Source of the DNA: Leptospira sp.
GTDB taxonomy: Bacteria > Spirochaetota > Leptospiria > Leptospirales > Leptospiraceae
Assembly: GCA_034439575.1 (NCBI GenBank)
Contig: JAWXAQ010000027.1
Span: forward strand, 64,001 to 128,000
Reading direction: 5' to 3'
DNA length: 64,000 bases
Shown: piece after piece, positions 38,656 to 48,626 of the stretch
Layout: each line of letters opens with the position of its first letter
Position numbering within the stretch: the stretch's first letter is position 1
Position numbers and translations under genes: made by a program
Notes under the pieces: model-generated
Seen by the model: only the letters and a program-made list of their open reading frames with translations
Database searches by the model: none
What the model was told of the DNA's origin: nothing

Positions 38656-40290
38656 ATGAATGTTATGCTAAGTAAAGTGTTAAAATTCACAAAGAAGAAC
38701 GAGATTCGAATTGTCTCTTTCTTTTTTTCTATACTCTTAATTGCTTTCACATATTCACTTACATTAAATTGGATTCGATCTTTTGGTGATTCAGCTTTTT
38801 TATCTGAGTTGATTGAAAATATAGCCAATACGGGACATGCTTCTTCTAATTTATTGTCTTCATCTCATGAAATGGAAATGAAAGCTCATATATATTCTAT
38901 GAAGGCAGAGCAGATTAAACAAACTGCACTCAAAGCAACGGATTATCAAAACGAATATGTTTTAAAATATCACACTTATTTTATTCTTTATTTGATAGCT
39001 CCATTGAATTGGATTATTCCAATTAATATTTTACTCCCTTTTTTGACAGCTTTAGCATTTACGGGAATACTATTCGTTACCTATTTGTTTCTCAGAAAAA
39101 ACAATGTTTCGGTGTTAGGATCATTTTTGTTTTGTTTTTTAATTTCAGTACATCCTGCTTGGAATCATGCCATCCAAGGTGAGTTCTATGTAGACCGCTT
39201 TTTTATGTTAATTGGTCTGCTTTTGATTTTTCAAATCAATGATAGAAAACCAAATTATTTATTAATATTTTTTATAAATCTAATCTGTCTTATTTCGAAT
39301 GATAGAATTGGATTATATACTGGGGCATTTTCTCTCGGTTATTCTGTTTTATTTTTTAAACGAGATAATATTAGATACTCAGTTTTTCTTTTTTGGCTTG
39401 GGATAGTATCGATCTGTTATGCGATATTTGCAATGAAAGTCCTTTTAACAAAGGTTGGGGCAGGCGGAACATATGATTCTTGGTTATCAGTTTCAGTTTT
39501 CACAAATTTTTTAGATTATCTTAAAGAATATCCAAATGCATTCGATAATTTTCTGCTTTTTTCTTTAATAAATATTCTAATTTTGACAGTCTTTGGTTTC
39601 TTGAAATGGCAAATTGTAATCATAACCCTAGGTTCAATGATTCCAAATATTTTAGGAAATATTGGCGGTGCTGAAAAGTCTGGTTGGACAACTCATTATC
39701 ATTCAAATTATTTTCCTATTTTAATTTGGGCCTTAGCTATTTCTTATATTTCTTTTTTTGACAAACGGAAATCTTCAAAGAAATCTAAACCACTTGCCTA
39801 CTTATTTGTTTTAATTTTCATTTTATTCTATTTGTTCTTTAACCCTTTTTCCTTAAAAGAGAGGTCATTTGATTTCAAAAGAATTGAATCGAATGCTTTT
39901 CTGGTGACTTGGAATGCAATCATTTCCGGAGAAGATCATCCTTCTTACAAATTGTATGAAACTGCAGAAAAAATGCGGAATTTTATTCCTGAAGGTTCAT
40001 CCGTTTCCTCTATAAACTATGCGACTTCATTTCTTTATAAAAATAGAAAGATTTATTATTATCCATTAGCGATCGATGAAGCTGACTATGTTGTTTTAAG
40101 GTATGATAACCTGGATGTATCGCCACCTTACTATTCGGTTTGGGTAAATTATGACCCTGAAGAAAATATTAAGTTAAATAAACTACTTAATATTAGATTA
40201 AAGGAAGTAGGATATGATGTATATCATCCTAAATTATTTGATTTCAATTTTGCAATTCTTGAACGTAAAAATAATCAGAGGAATCTTTGA
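38656..40290 (+). CDS. multi-TM membrane protein, DUF2079/GT-C-like
   Basis: GDSAFLSEL, HTYFILYLIAP, IGGAEKSGWTTHYH, YYPL...EADY; paralog of 35463-37064. Confidence 0.65.
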   Translation: MNVMLSKVLKFTKKNEIRIVSFFFSILLIAFTYSLTLNWIRSFGDSAFLSELIENIANTGHASSNLLSSSHEMEMKAHIYSMKAEQIKQTALKATDYQNEYVLKYHTYFILYLIAPLNWIIPINILLPFLTALAFTGILFVTYLFLRKNNVSVLGSFLFCFLISVHPAWNHAIQGEFYVDRFFMLIGLLLIFQINDRKPNYLLIFFINLICLISNDRIGLYTGAFSLGYSVLFFKRDNIRYSVFLFWLGIVSICYAIFAMKVLLTKVGAGGTYDSWLSVSVFTNFLDYLKEYPNAFDNFLLFSLINILILTVFGFLKWQIVIITLGSMIPNILGNIGGAEKSGWTTHYHSNYFPILIWALAISYISFFDKRKSSKKSKPLAYLFVLIFILFYLFFNPFSLKERSFDFKRIESNAFLVTWNAIISGEDHPSYKLYETAEKMRNFIPEGSSVSSINYATSFLYKNRKIYYYPLAIDEADYVVLRYDNLDVSPPYYSVWVNYDPEENIKLNKLLNIRLKEVGYDVYHPKLFDFNFAILERKNNQRNL

Positions 40291-41279
40291 TGATATCACA
40301 ATATAACAAAGCTAAGGTTTTGATAACAGGTGGCTTAGGATTTATAGGAAGTAATTTAGCAATTCAATTAGTTGAATTGGGAGCGGATGTACTTCTTGTG
40401 GATTCTATGATTCCTGAATATGGCGGAAATTTATATAACATCGAGTCTATAAAAGATAAAGTGTCGATCAATTATTGCAATATTACTGATATAAATGCCA
40501 TAAATTATTTAGTAAAAGACATTGATTATATTTTTCATCTTGCAGGTCAAGGCAGCCATAGTGTAAGCATTGTTGATCCATTTCTGGATATTGAATGCAA
40601 TATGATGGCAACATTAAACTTACTCGAAGCTTGCAAAAAAAATAATAGGAATGCTAAAATAGTTTTTACGGGAACTCGTGGCCAATATCGACCTAACATT
40701 GGATTACCGGCTACTGAAGATTCTGATATGACGCCGAATACTATTTATGGAGTCACAAATTTAGCTGCCGAAAAATTGATGTTAATTTATCATAATTTGT
40801 TCGGTTTAAAAACTATACTAACAAGGATTAGTAATGTTTATGGCTATAGAGCTCAGATGAGGAATAATAAGTATGGTGTTCCAAATTGGTTTTTACGTTT
40901 AGCAATAGACAATGCTGAAATTCCTATTTATGGAAGTGGCATGATTAAGCGTGATTTTCTATTTATAGATGATCTAATTAAAGCACTTTTATTATTACCA
41001 TTAGTAGAAAAATGTTTTGGCGAAGTATTTAATATTGGTGTACCTGAACCTTCAAATTATTTGGAGTTTGCCAATTTAGCCATTAAAGCTTCTAAATCAG
41101 GTTCTTTAAAAATGACTCCATTTCCCAAAGAATCAAAAGAACAAGAAGCAGGAGATTATTATCCTGATATAACAAAGATTAATGCTTATATTGGATGGAA
41201 ACCAGAAGTTAAGTTAGAAGATGGAATTCATAATACGATATCTTATTATAAAAAACATCGCCAACATTACTGGAATTAA
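40290..41279 (+). CDS. NAD-dependent epimerase/dehydratase
   Basis: TGGLGFIGS, HLAGQ, NVYG, RDFLFIDD; GAGGA RBS. Confidence 0.88.
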   Translation: MISQYNKAKVLITGGLGFIGSNLAIQLVELGADVLLVDSMIPEYGGNLYNIESIKDKVSINYCNITDINAINYLVKDIDYIFHLAGQGSHSVSIVDPFLDIECNMMATLNLLEACKKNNRNAKIVFTGTRGQYRPNIGLPATEDSDMTPNTIYGVTNLAAEKLMLIYHNLFGLKTILTRISNVYGYRAQMRNNKYGVPNWFLRLAIDNAEIPIYGSGMIKRDFLFIDDLIKALLLLPLVEKCFGEVFNIGVPEPSNYLEFANLAIKASKSGSLKMTPFPKESKEQEAGDYYPDITKINAYIGWKPEVKLEDGIHNTISYYKKHRQHYWN

Positions 41280-41303
41280 ACTAAATTATTATTGGAGAAA
41301 TGT

Positions 41304-42389
41304 GTGATAATTTTTTATGATTTTAAAAAAGTTTATGATAGTTACAAAGCTGAAATTAATTCAGCAATAAGTAATGTTATTGATCGTGGTAATTTTATAT
41401 TAGGTGATGAGGTCTATGAATTTGAAAATTTATTCGCTAGTTATTGCGGAGCCAAATATTGTATAGGTGTTGGGAATGGATTAGATGCACTTACTTTAAT
41501 ACTTAAAGCTTATGATTTCCCTGAAGAATCGGAAATCATAGTACCTTCCAATACATTTATAGCTTCGATTCTTGCCATCACTCATGCTGGATTGAAGCCA
41601 ATACTCGTAGAGCCATCTTTAGAAAATTATAATATTGATCCGAATTACATCAAAAAATTTATTACTAAAAAAACTAAGGCTATTTTGCCTGTTCATTTGT
41701 ATGGGCGTATCGCCCCTATGGATGAGATTAAAGAGATTGGTAAAGAATATAATTTAAAAATCATTGAAGATGCCGCCCAAGCGCATGGCGCAGTATACAA
41801 TGGCATCAAAACGGGCAACCTTGGCGATGCCGCCGGATTTAGCTTTTATCCTGGTAAGAATTTAGGTTGCTTCGGTGATGGTGGAGCAATCGTTACTAGT
41901 GATGAAGAACTAATGCTTAAAGTCCGAGCATTAAGGAACTATGGTTCTTCACAAAAATATATTAATGATTTAAAAGGATTAAATAGTAGGTTAGATGAAA
42001 TTCAAGCTACAATCTTAAAAGTAAGGTTGAAATACTTAGACCAAGAAAATTCGGCAAGAAGAGTTGTTTCACAATACTACCGAACTCATATTAAAAATTC
42101 AAAAATTATATTACCTGATCTTAAGAATGAAGAAGAACATGTCTGGCATTTATTTACGGTTCGTACAGAAAATAGAGAAAATCTAAGATTACATTTAGAA
42201 AAAAATGATATCATGGCATTGATACATTATCCGATTGCTCCTCACAAACAAAAGGCCTACAAAGAGTGGGAAATGAATTCTTTTCCTATCTCTGAAAGTA
42301 TTCATAGAGAAATATTAAGTTTACCAATGAGTCCAGTTTTAACTCATTCTGAAATTGAGAAGATAGTAAATGTTGTTAATTCTTATTAA
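41304..42389 (+). CDS. DegT/DnrJ/EryC1/StrS PLP aminotransferase (FdtB/QdtB-like)
   Basis: [52 protein letters not shown] before GTG 41304. Confidence 0.92.
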   Translation: MIIFYDFKKVYDSYKAEINSAISNVIDRGNFILGDEVYEFENLFASYCGAKYCIGVGNGLDALTLILKAYDFPEESEIIVPSNTFIASILAITHAGLKPILVEPSLENYNIDPNYIKKFITKKTKAILPVHLYGRIAPMDEIKEIGKEYNLKIIEDAAQAHGAVYNGIKTGNLGDAAGFSFYPGKNLGCFGDGGAIVTSDEELMLKVRALRNYGSSQKYINDLKGLNSRLDEIQATILKVRLKYLDQENSARRVVSQYYRTHIKNSKIILPDLKNEEEHVWHLFTVRTENRENLRLHLEKNDIMALIHYPIAPHKQKAYKEWEMNSFPISESIHREILSLPMSPVLTHSEIEKIVNVVNSY

Positions 42390-42427
42390 TACTAAGATTT
42401 GTTAAATAGAGAATAAATTAACCGAAA

Positions 42428-44476
42428 ATGAAACATTTTAATAGTATATTTAGCTTTGTTCTAACTATTTTTTTACTTGTATCGATATATTATAAATTTT
42501 CAAATTATCCTACTTTTCATGTTTTCTCTTTGCTAACTCATGTCAGTATATTTCTTTTACTTTCATTTTTTTTAATTATTTCGCTTAGTGAATTTGGAAA
42601 ATATTTGCGTGTTTACATATTTAAAAACAATTATTCTACATTAGATCTTGGATTAGGTATTGGTGCTTTTGCATTTATATTACAGTTTTATAATAAAATA
42701 GATCTGAATCATACTATTCCAGTTTTTTTCTTAATGTTCTTTTTTATTTCCAGCCTATATCAATTTAAATTTAGATACATCAAATCTTTAAAATTTAATT
42801 CAAATCGATATTTTGAATTCTTAATTTTATTACTATTTTTCGTTTACTTAGCAGAATTTGGAATATACGATGGACTACTAGAATATACGACAGACTTTGA
42901 TAGTAGCTTTCACCATATCGTCTTAGCACAAACAATGGTTAGAGAAGGACATTATTTCCCTCCGTTTTGGTTGCGTGCTCCCTTTATTCCACAACTCACA
43001 CATTCAATTTATATTTTTATATTATCAATCTTTAAGAATGATATCCTTTATATTAAATTATTAAATTTTATAGCATTTTATCAAATATTTAAAATTTTCT
43101 TAAATCGAAAGCGAAATTTAGATTTCTGGTTAGGTGGATTAATACTATTGATCATAGTTTTTTCACCTGAATTCACGTATTTATATAATACAAATTTAGA
43201 TGCTTTACTTGGCCTCTTTTATCTTTGTTCGCTCGTAATGTTTTATCGATGCTTACGTAATGAATTTAGTATAACAAATGTATCTATGTTAATTGTTTTC
43301 TGCGGTTTTGCAGGTGGTCAAAAACATTTCGGGTTGATGTTTTCGGTTCCTGTGATATTATTCAGTTTCTTTGGTTCGCTTATTTATTTTTATAAACAGG
43401 AGCTAATAGGAAAAAGTATTAAAGATGCAATAGCAAGTTGTATATATAACCAGAGATTCTATGGTTATGCTATATCATTTTTAAGTTTCTTTGTGGTTTT
43501 TATCCCTTTTTATATTCATAATCTTCTTGCTAATTCTAATTTATTTTTTCCTTTTATGGGTAATAAAGTAAATGCATATGGTTGGTCAAAGCAAGAAATC
43601 GAAGACTTTACTGGTCCAACTATCAATCATTGGGGACATCAAAAATCGGTTACTGGTTTTTTTCAATTGCCATATGATTTGATAAATTTTCCAGATGATT
43701 TTCAATTCTTTCAAACCAATACTTGGCATGATTATGTAGTGCCGTTTTTATTCATTTTCCCTATATTTCTTTTATTTATCACAATAGTATTCAAAAGCAC
43801 TAAAAAACATCTTTTATTATCGATCGTTTTAATTTGCTGTTATGTGTTATGGTTTCAAAGTAGCCAAGTGATAAGGTATCTTTTTCCAATTAATATAGGA
43901 TCACTTTTTTTAATTTATATACAATTTTCAAATTTTAAAAATTTACATACAAAATTTGCATTAAATTTTTTGAAAATTGCATTTCTCACTTTTTTTATCT
44001 ATCTTTCCCTTGAAAATTTTAAAGAAGTAAATTTTATTTTACCCAGTAACTCAAATGAGCGTTTGATTTATAGGAAATTTCAATTTGGGTCAATGATAGA
44101 AGGAAATATTAAAATTACACAATCCAATAATAATTCTGGAGTATTAGAATTTGGTCCACATGCTGTAATGGCTAGATCCTTATTTCCTAATCTAACATTT
44201 TGTGGAGATTGGTTTGGTGGATGCGCTTTTGAAAAATTCACACTTAGGAATACACCCATGCAATTTAAGTCGTGGGAAGAAATCAAGAAAGCGAGTCAAT
44301 TTATGAAAATTGATTTTATCTCAATTTACTGGACACAATTTCGCGATGGTTCGGCACCTGCTACTGAATTAGAATACAATTTAGTTTTCCCAGAATCTGT
44401 GAGAAAATGCATAGAACCATTTTATAAGGTCTCTGGTGAATATGATATTTTTTCTATAAAGAATGAATGTAAATGA
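42428..44476 (+). CDS. multi-TM GT-C-like membrane protein
   Basis: About 13 TM; D...HH loop (FDSSFHH), N.D, GF..GQK, N.FFPF, Q.IRYLFP motifs. Confidence 0.6.
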   Translation: MKHFNSIFSFVLTIFLLVSIYYKFSNYPTFHVFSLLTHVSIFLLLSFFLIISLSEFGKYLRVYIFKNNYSTLDLGLGIGAFAFILQFYNKIDLNHTIPVFFLMFFFISSLYQFKFRYIKSLKFNSNRYFEFLILLLFFVYLAEFGIYDGLLEYTTDFDSSFHHIVLAQTMVREGHYFPPFWLRAPFIPQLTHSIYIFILSIFKNDILYIKLLNFIAFYQIFKIFLNRKRNLDFWLGGLILLIIVFSPEFTYLYNTNLDALLGLFYLCSLVMFYRCLRNEFSITNVSMLIVFCGFAGGQKHFGLMFSVPVILFSFFGSLIYFYKQELIGKSIKDAIASCIYNQRFYGYAISFLSFFVVFIPFYIHNLLANSNLFFPFMGNKVNAYGWSKQEIEDFTGPTINHWGHQKSVTGFFQLPYDLINFPDDFQFFQTNTWHDYVVPFLFIFPIFLLFITIVFKSTKKHLLLSIVLICCYVLWFQSSQVIRYLFPINIGSLFLIYIQFSNFKNLHTKFALNFLKIAFLTFFIYLSLENFKEVNFILPSNSNERLIYRKFQFGSMIEGNIKITQSNNNSGVLEFGPHAVMARSLFPNLTFCGDWFGGCAFEKFTLRNTPMQFKSWEEIKKASQFMKIDFISIYWTQFRDGSAPATELEYNLVFPESVRKCIEPFYKVSGEYDIFSIKNECK

Positions 44477-45294
44477 GTAAATCAATTTTGATTACTGGTA
44501 TTAATGGATTTGTCGCAAAACATATCGCTGTTAGAGCTAAACAATTAGGTTATAAAGTCATTGGAACTGTATCTAATCCCAGCAAGATAGAAAGTTCATT
44601 AATTTACGTAGATGAAATTTATGTTTTCAATTTATTAGATAAACAGTTACCATTATTTAATTCCCAGATTGATTATGTGATTCATTGTGCCATCGACATT
44701 GAAAATCCAAAACCAAGTATACAAAGAACCATTGAACTTAATGAAAAAATTTCAGAAAAAAACCGATCGAAGTGTATATTTGTAAGTTCAATATCGATGA
44801 ATGAAGCAAACAAAAGCAACTATTCAATTATTAAACAGGAATTGGAAAAATATTTTAAAGTGATCAACAATTCTTTAATCGTTCGACCTGGATTGATATT
44901 AGGTGATGGAGGACTCTTTCAAACTATGTCTAGATACGTTCAGAATGGGAATCTCATCCCACTACCAGATGGTGGTAAATATAAAATGGCAGTCATTACA
45001 ATTGATAAATTTGTGGATTATTTGTTTTATGCGATGGAAGGTAAAGTTTATGGGATTAAAAATTTATTTGATAAAAAATTAATTACCTTGGCCCAAATAG
45101 TAAGGGACATTGCAAAGAAAAGTAATAAGAGAATTTTTATAATATACATTCCAATTTCGTTTGTAGAATTTTTTGGTCCTTTGGTTATCACTATTTTAAA
45201 ACTTATAAATGTTAAAATAAGTTTTGATAGTATTATCGGATATAAATTATATAGAGATATGATACTTCCAGAATCAGATTTAGGAAATCAATGA
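44473..45294 (+). CDS. NAD-dependent epimerase/atypical SDR
   Basis: TGINGFVA, IHCA, VSS.S, YSIIK, VRPGLILGDGG. Confidence 0.8.
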   Translation: MSKSILITGINGFVAKHIAVRAKQLGYKVIGTVSNPSKIESSLIYVDEIYVFNLLDKQLPLFNSQIDYVIHCAIDIENPKPSIQRTIELNEKISEKNRSKCIFVSSISMNEANKSNYSIIKQELEKYFKVINNSLIVRPGLILGDGGLFQTMSRYVQNGNLIPLPDGGKYKMAVITIDKFVDYLFYAMEGKVYGIKNLFDKKLITLAQIVRDIAKKSNKRIFIIYIPISFVEFFGPLVITILKLINVKISFDSIIGYKLYRDMILPESDLGNQ

Positions 45295-45836
45295 AACTTA
45301 AAAGTATATTACAAAAATTTAGTTTAACCGAAATTATATATTTAGAATTAGAACAATATACTTATTTTTTAGTAAAATACATTCCTGGAACATTAGGATT
45401 TATATTGAGATTTCTTTTTATCAAATTATTTTCTAAAAAATTAACTGGGATGATTTGGATCCAACCAGGTGTAGAATTTATCCATGTAAAAAATATTACT
45501 TTTGGAAAGGGTGTAGGTATTAACACCGGTTCATATATTAATGGTGTTGGTTCAATTACATTTTCCGATCATGTTTTGGTGGGAAATAATGTTACAATTT
45601 CATCGGGTAAACATCCAACTGAATTAAATGAATTAAAAATTATTGAAATTCCTACCATTCGATTACCTATTAAAATAGGAAAAGGAGTTTGGATCGCGGC
45701 TGGTGCGGTCATTATGCCTGGAATCGAAATTGGTGCTGATTCTGTAATCGGAGCGAATTCAGTCGTTACTAAGCATATATCCCCTAACGGTATATATGTT
45801 GGTGCACCAGCAAAACTCATTAAAGAAAGAAAGTAA
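45291..45836 (+). CDS. hexapeptide-repeat acyltransferase (maltose/galactoside O-acetyltransferase-like)
   Basis: LbH repeats; SGKH, VWIAAGAVIMPG, IGANSVVTK, GAPAK. Confidence 0.88.
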   Translation: MKLKSILQKFSLTEIIYLELEQYTYFLVKYIPGTLGFILRFLFIKLFSKKLTGMIWIQPGVEFIHVKNITFGKGVGINTGSYINGVGSITFSDHVLVGNNVTISSGKHPTELNELKIIEIPTIRLPIKIGKGVWIAAGAVIMPGIEIGADSVIGANSVVTKHISPNGIYVGAPAKLIKERK

Positions 45837-45847
45837 TAATAATATAA

Positions 45848-46276
45848 ATGAAAAGTTTTACATTTGAAAAAGAAAATTTAAGCAAAGAAGCCAATTTTCT
45901 ATTGAAGGAATTATTTTCTATTGAAGATAATGAAAGTTTGGCGAATCTTTATGTGCAGGCGCATGAATTTATATTAAAAAATCCAGGAATAGAGATCAAA
46001 GATGTAGACATTCAAAAAATAATTCAGAAAAAAATTAATCCTGAAGCTGTTGAATTTGCGATGAGAATTAAATTTCGAGATAATTTACTCACAAAAAAAA
46101 TTCAAATTCTAACTTATATCATAGAATCGCGGAAGGAATATAATGGGTTGTTTAATAATTTTAATAATAGATTTTTTTTTGGTTTTGCTTTGCTGATCTT
46201 CATGACAATGCGATCCATTTTTCTTTATTTTACAGGAAGATATTTAATTTCGCGACATCATCTTATAAGAGAATAG
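45848..46276 (+). CDS. hypothetical protein
   Basis: 142-aa ORF in operon orientation with a C-terminal hydrophobic stretch. Confidence 0.6.
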   Translation: MKSFTFEKENLSKEANFLLKELFSIEDNESLANLYVQAHEFILKNPGIEIKDVDIQKIIQKKINPEAVEFAMRIKFRDNLLTKKIQILTYIIESRKEYNGLFNNFNNRFFFGFALLIFMTMRSIFLYFTGRYLISRHHLIRE

Positions 46277-46413
46277 AAATAATCTTTATATAACTTTCTT
46301 TTTGAAAGAAACTATAAACATAATATTACAACAAAATTATGTGATAATAATATTTACTAAATTACGAAAATGAATATTAAAAAAAATAAAATAATAAAGC
46401 CAAAATCCAATAT

Positions 46414-48000
46414 ATGACCTCGCAAATTTATGATGTCATCATTGTTGGTTCAGGACCAGCGGGAATGGCTTCCGCTTACCAATTGCAAGGAAGATCAGTT
46501 TTGATGCTCGATGTTGGAAATAAACCGCCGCAAGTTTCAAATTTCGATGATAACTTATTTGATCTAAAAGAAAAACGAGATTTATTCACTGAGCTTGTAG
46601 GCAATTCTTTTGAGAGTCTTCATAATATAGACCAAAAATACCTTAGTCCGAAATTGAAAGCACCTCTTATGAGGTATGTGACAAATGGTGCTGAAAAATT
46701 AGCACCAATTCAATCCAATGAATTTGAAATGGCTCAGAGTTTTGCTTACGGTGGTTTAGCTAATGCCTGGGGCGCAGGAATGCTTCGCTTCAATGATTAT
46801 GATTTGCAAGGTTTTCCAATTTCTTATACAGATTTAAAACCCTTTTATGATAAGTTATCTGATATAATAGGCATTAGTGGGGAGAATGATGATTTATCAT
46901 TATTTTTTGGCAACGATGAAAAATTTCAAGAACCACATCAAATAGGTTTTTTAGGAAGCGATCTTCTAAAAATTTATAATAAACATAAAAAGAATTTTAA
47001 TACCCAAGGAATTTTTATTGGTCGTAATCGCTTAGGACTTCTTACTAAAGAAAAAGATGGAAGAAAACCATGCCAATACGATAATCTAGAATTTTATAAA
47101 TCAAATATACCAGCTAACTATAACCCTACATACACCTTGGATAGATTAATTAATGATGCTGTTTTGATCTATAAGTCAGGTTATTTGGTAAAATTTTATA
47201 GAGAAGAAAATAATTTAGTGGAGATTCATGCATTGAATTTGAATTCCCAAAAAATTGAAATATTTAAGAGCAAAACTATCGTATTAGCCGCTGGTTGTAT
47301 TAATACAGCGAAGATAATTTTACAATCAAATGAAGATTTCGAAACTAAGTTACCAATTTACGATAATCCCATATCATATGTTCCTTTTTTAGTTCCCAAG
47401 TTTATTGGTAGACCGATAGAGAAGAAAGCCTACTCAGCACAGCTAATATTTGTTCATGAAGATCCACTAACTAAAGAAAGGATAAATGGATCGTTTTATG
47501 GTTTGAGTGGACCAATGAAATCTGATTTATTTTTCGAGTTTCCCTTATCAATAAAAGCGAATTTAGCAGCTGTTAAATATTTGGTTCCGGCTATCGCAAT
47601 TATGCAAATTTTTTATTATGATAAAGATCATCCAAGCAATTATCTTCATTTAACGCGTGATAATAAAATTTTTATTTCATATAAAGAAAAACCAATAAAA
47701 AATAATGATATTGAAAAAAAGATAATTTCTTCTCTGCGAAAATTTGGCTATTTGAGTCATAGCTCACTTTGTAAATTCCCAGCTCCGGGAAATAGCTTTC
47801 ATTATGCGGGAAGTGTTCCTATGAAAACAAATCCAAAACGATATCAAACAACCTTGAAGGGAAATCTTTGGAATTCTGATCGTATATTTATTGCGGATTC
47901 GGCAAATTTTCCAGCTTTTCCTGCAAAGAATCATTCGTATACGATTATGGCAAATGCGATGCGAATCTCCGAGCATTTGAAAGCTCAATTGAATGTTTGA
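46414..48000 (+). CDS. FAD-dependent GMC-family oxidoreductase
   Basis: IIVGSGPAG, GGLANAWG, LAAG, HYAG, D...FP..PAKN...TIMANA.R. Confidence 0.85.
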   Translation: MTSQIYDVIIVGSGPAGMASAYQLQGRSVLMLDVGNKPPQVSNFDDNLFDLKEKRDLFTELVGNSFESLHNIDQKYLSPKLKAPLMRYVTNGAEKLAPIQSNEFEMAQSFAYGGLANAWGAGMLRFNDYDLQGFPISYTDLKPFYDKLSDIIGISGENDDLSLFFGNDEKFQEPHQIGFLGSDLLKIYNKHKKNFNTQGIFIGRNRLGLLTKEKDGRKPCQYDNLEFYKSNIPANYNPTYTLDRLINDAVLIYKSGYLVKFYREENNLVEIHALNLNSQKIEIFKSKTIVLAAGCINTAKIILQSNEDFETKLPIYDNPISYVPFLVPKFIGRPIEKKAYSAQLIFVHEDPLTKERINGSFYGLSGPMKSDLFFEFPLSIKANLAAVKYLVPAIAIMQIFYYDKDHPSNYLHLTRDNKIFISYKEKPIKNNDIEKKIISSLRKFGYLSHSSLCKFPAPGNSFHYAGSVPMKTNPKRYQTTLKGNLWNSDRIFIADSANFPAFPAKNHSYTIMANAMRISEHLKAQLNV

Positions 48001-48078
48001 TAAAGAATCAAATATTCTGCTAGAAATTAAATTAAAATATAATTTCCAAAATGCTATTTAATTTATAATAATTCTATA

Positions 48079-48612
48079 ATGAAAAAATTTAAATTATTGG
48101 AAATAATATATTTAGAAATTGAGCAAACTTCATACTTTCCTTTCAAATATATACCAGGTGTGATTGGTTTTTTTCTCCGTTATTTATTTGTTAAGTTAAT
48201 GGCAAAAAAATTAAATGGCATGATTTGGATTCCACCTGGAGTCGAATTATTACATCTAAGAAATATTATATTTGGTAAAAATGTCGGAATCAATGTTGGA
48301 ACATATATTAATGGAGTTGGATCAATCATTTTCGAGGATTTTGTAATGGTTGGAAGTAATGTAACAATTAATTCTGAAAAAAAAATTGCAGATAAGATGT
48401 ATAATCAAAATAATTCAGATTCCAAATTTCCTGAACAAATCATTTTAAAAGAAGGCTGTTGGTTAGCTGCAGGTACTGTTGTTTTCCCTGGTGTTACTGT
48501 TGGTAAAGGATCAGTGTTAGGTGCCAATTCGCTTGCATCTAAAAATATTCCTGATTTTGAGATTTATGCCGGTGCACCTGCCAAAAAAATTAGAAGTCGT
48601 GAGATAAAATAA
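48079..48612 (+). CDS. hexapeptide-repeat acyltransferase, paralog of 45291-45836
   Basis: LbH repeats, CWLAAGTVVFPG, GANS, GAPAK; near-collinear with the 45291 gene. Confidence 0.85.
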   Translation: MKKFKLLEIIYLEIEQTSYFPFKYIPGVIGFFLRYLFVKLMAKKLNGMIWIPPGVELLHLRNIIFGKNVGINVGTYINGVGSIIFEDFVMVGSNVTINSEKKIADKMYNQNNSDSKFPEQIILKEGCWLAAGTVVFPGVTVGKGSVLGANSLASKNIPDFEIYAGAPAKKIRSREIK

Positions 48613-48626
48613 ACTGAGAAAAATAA

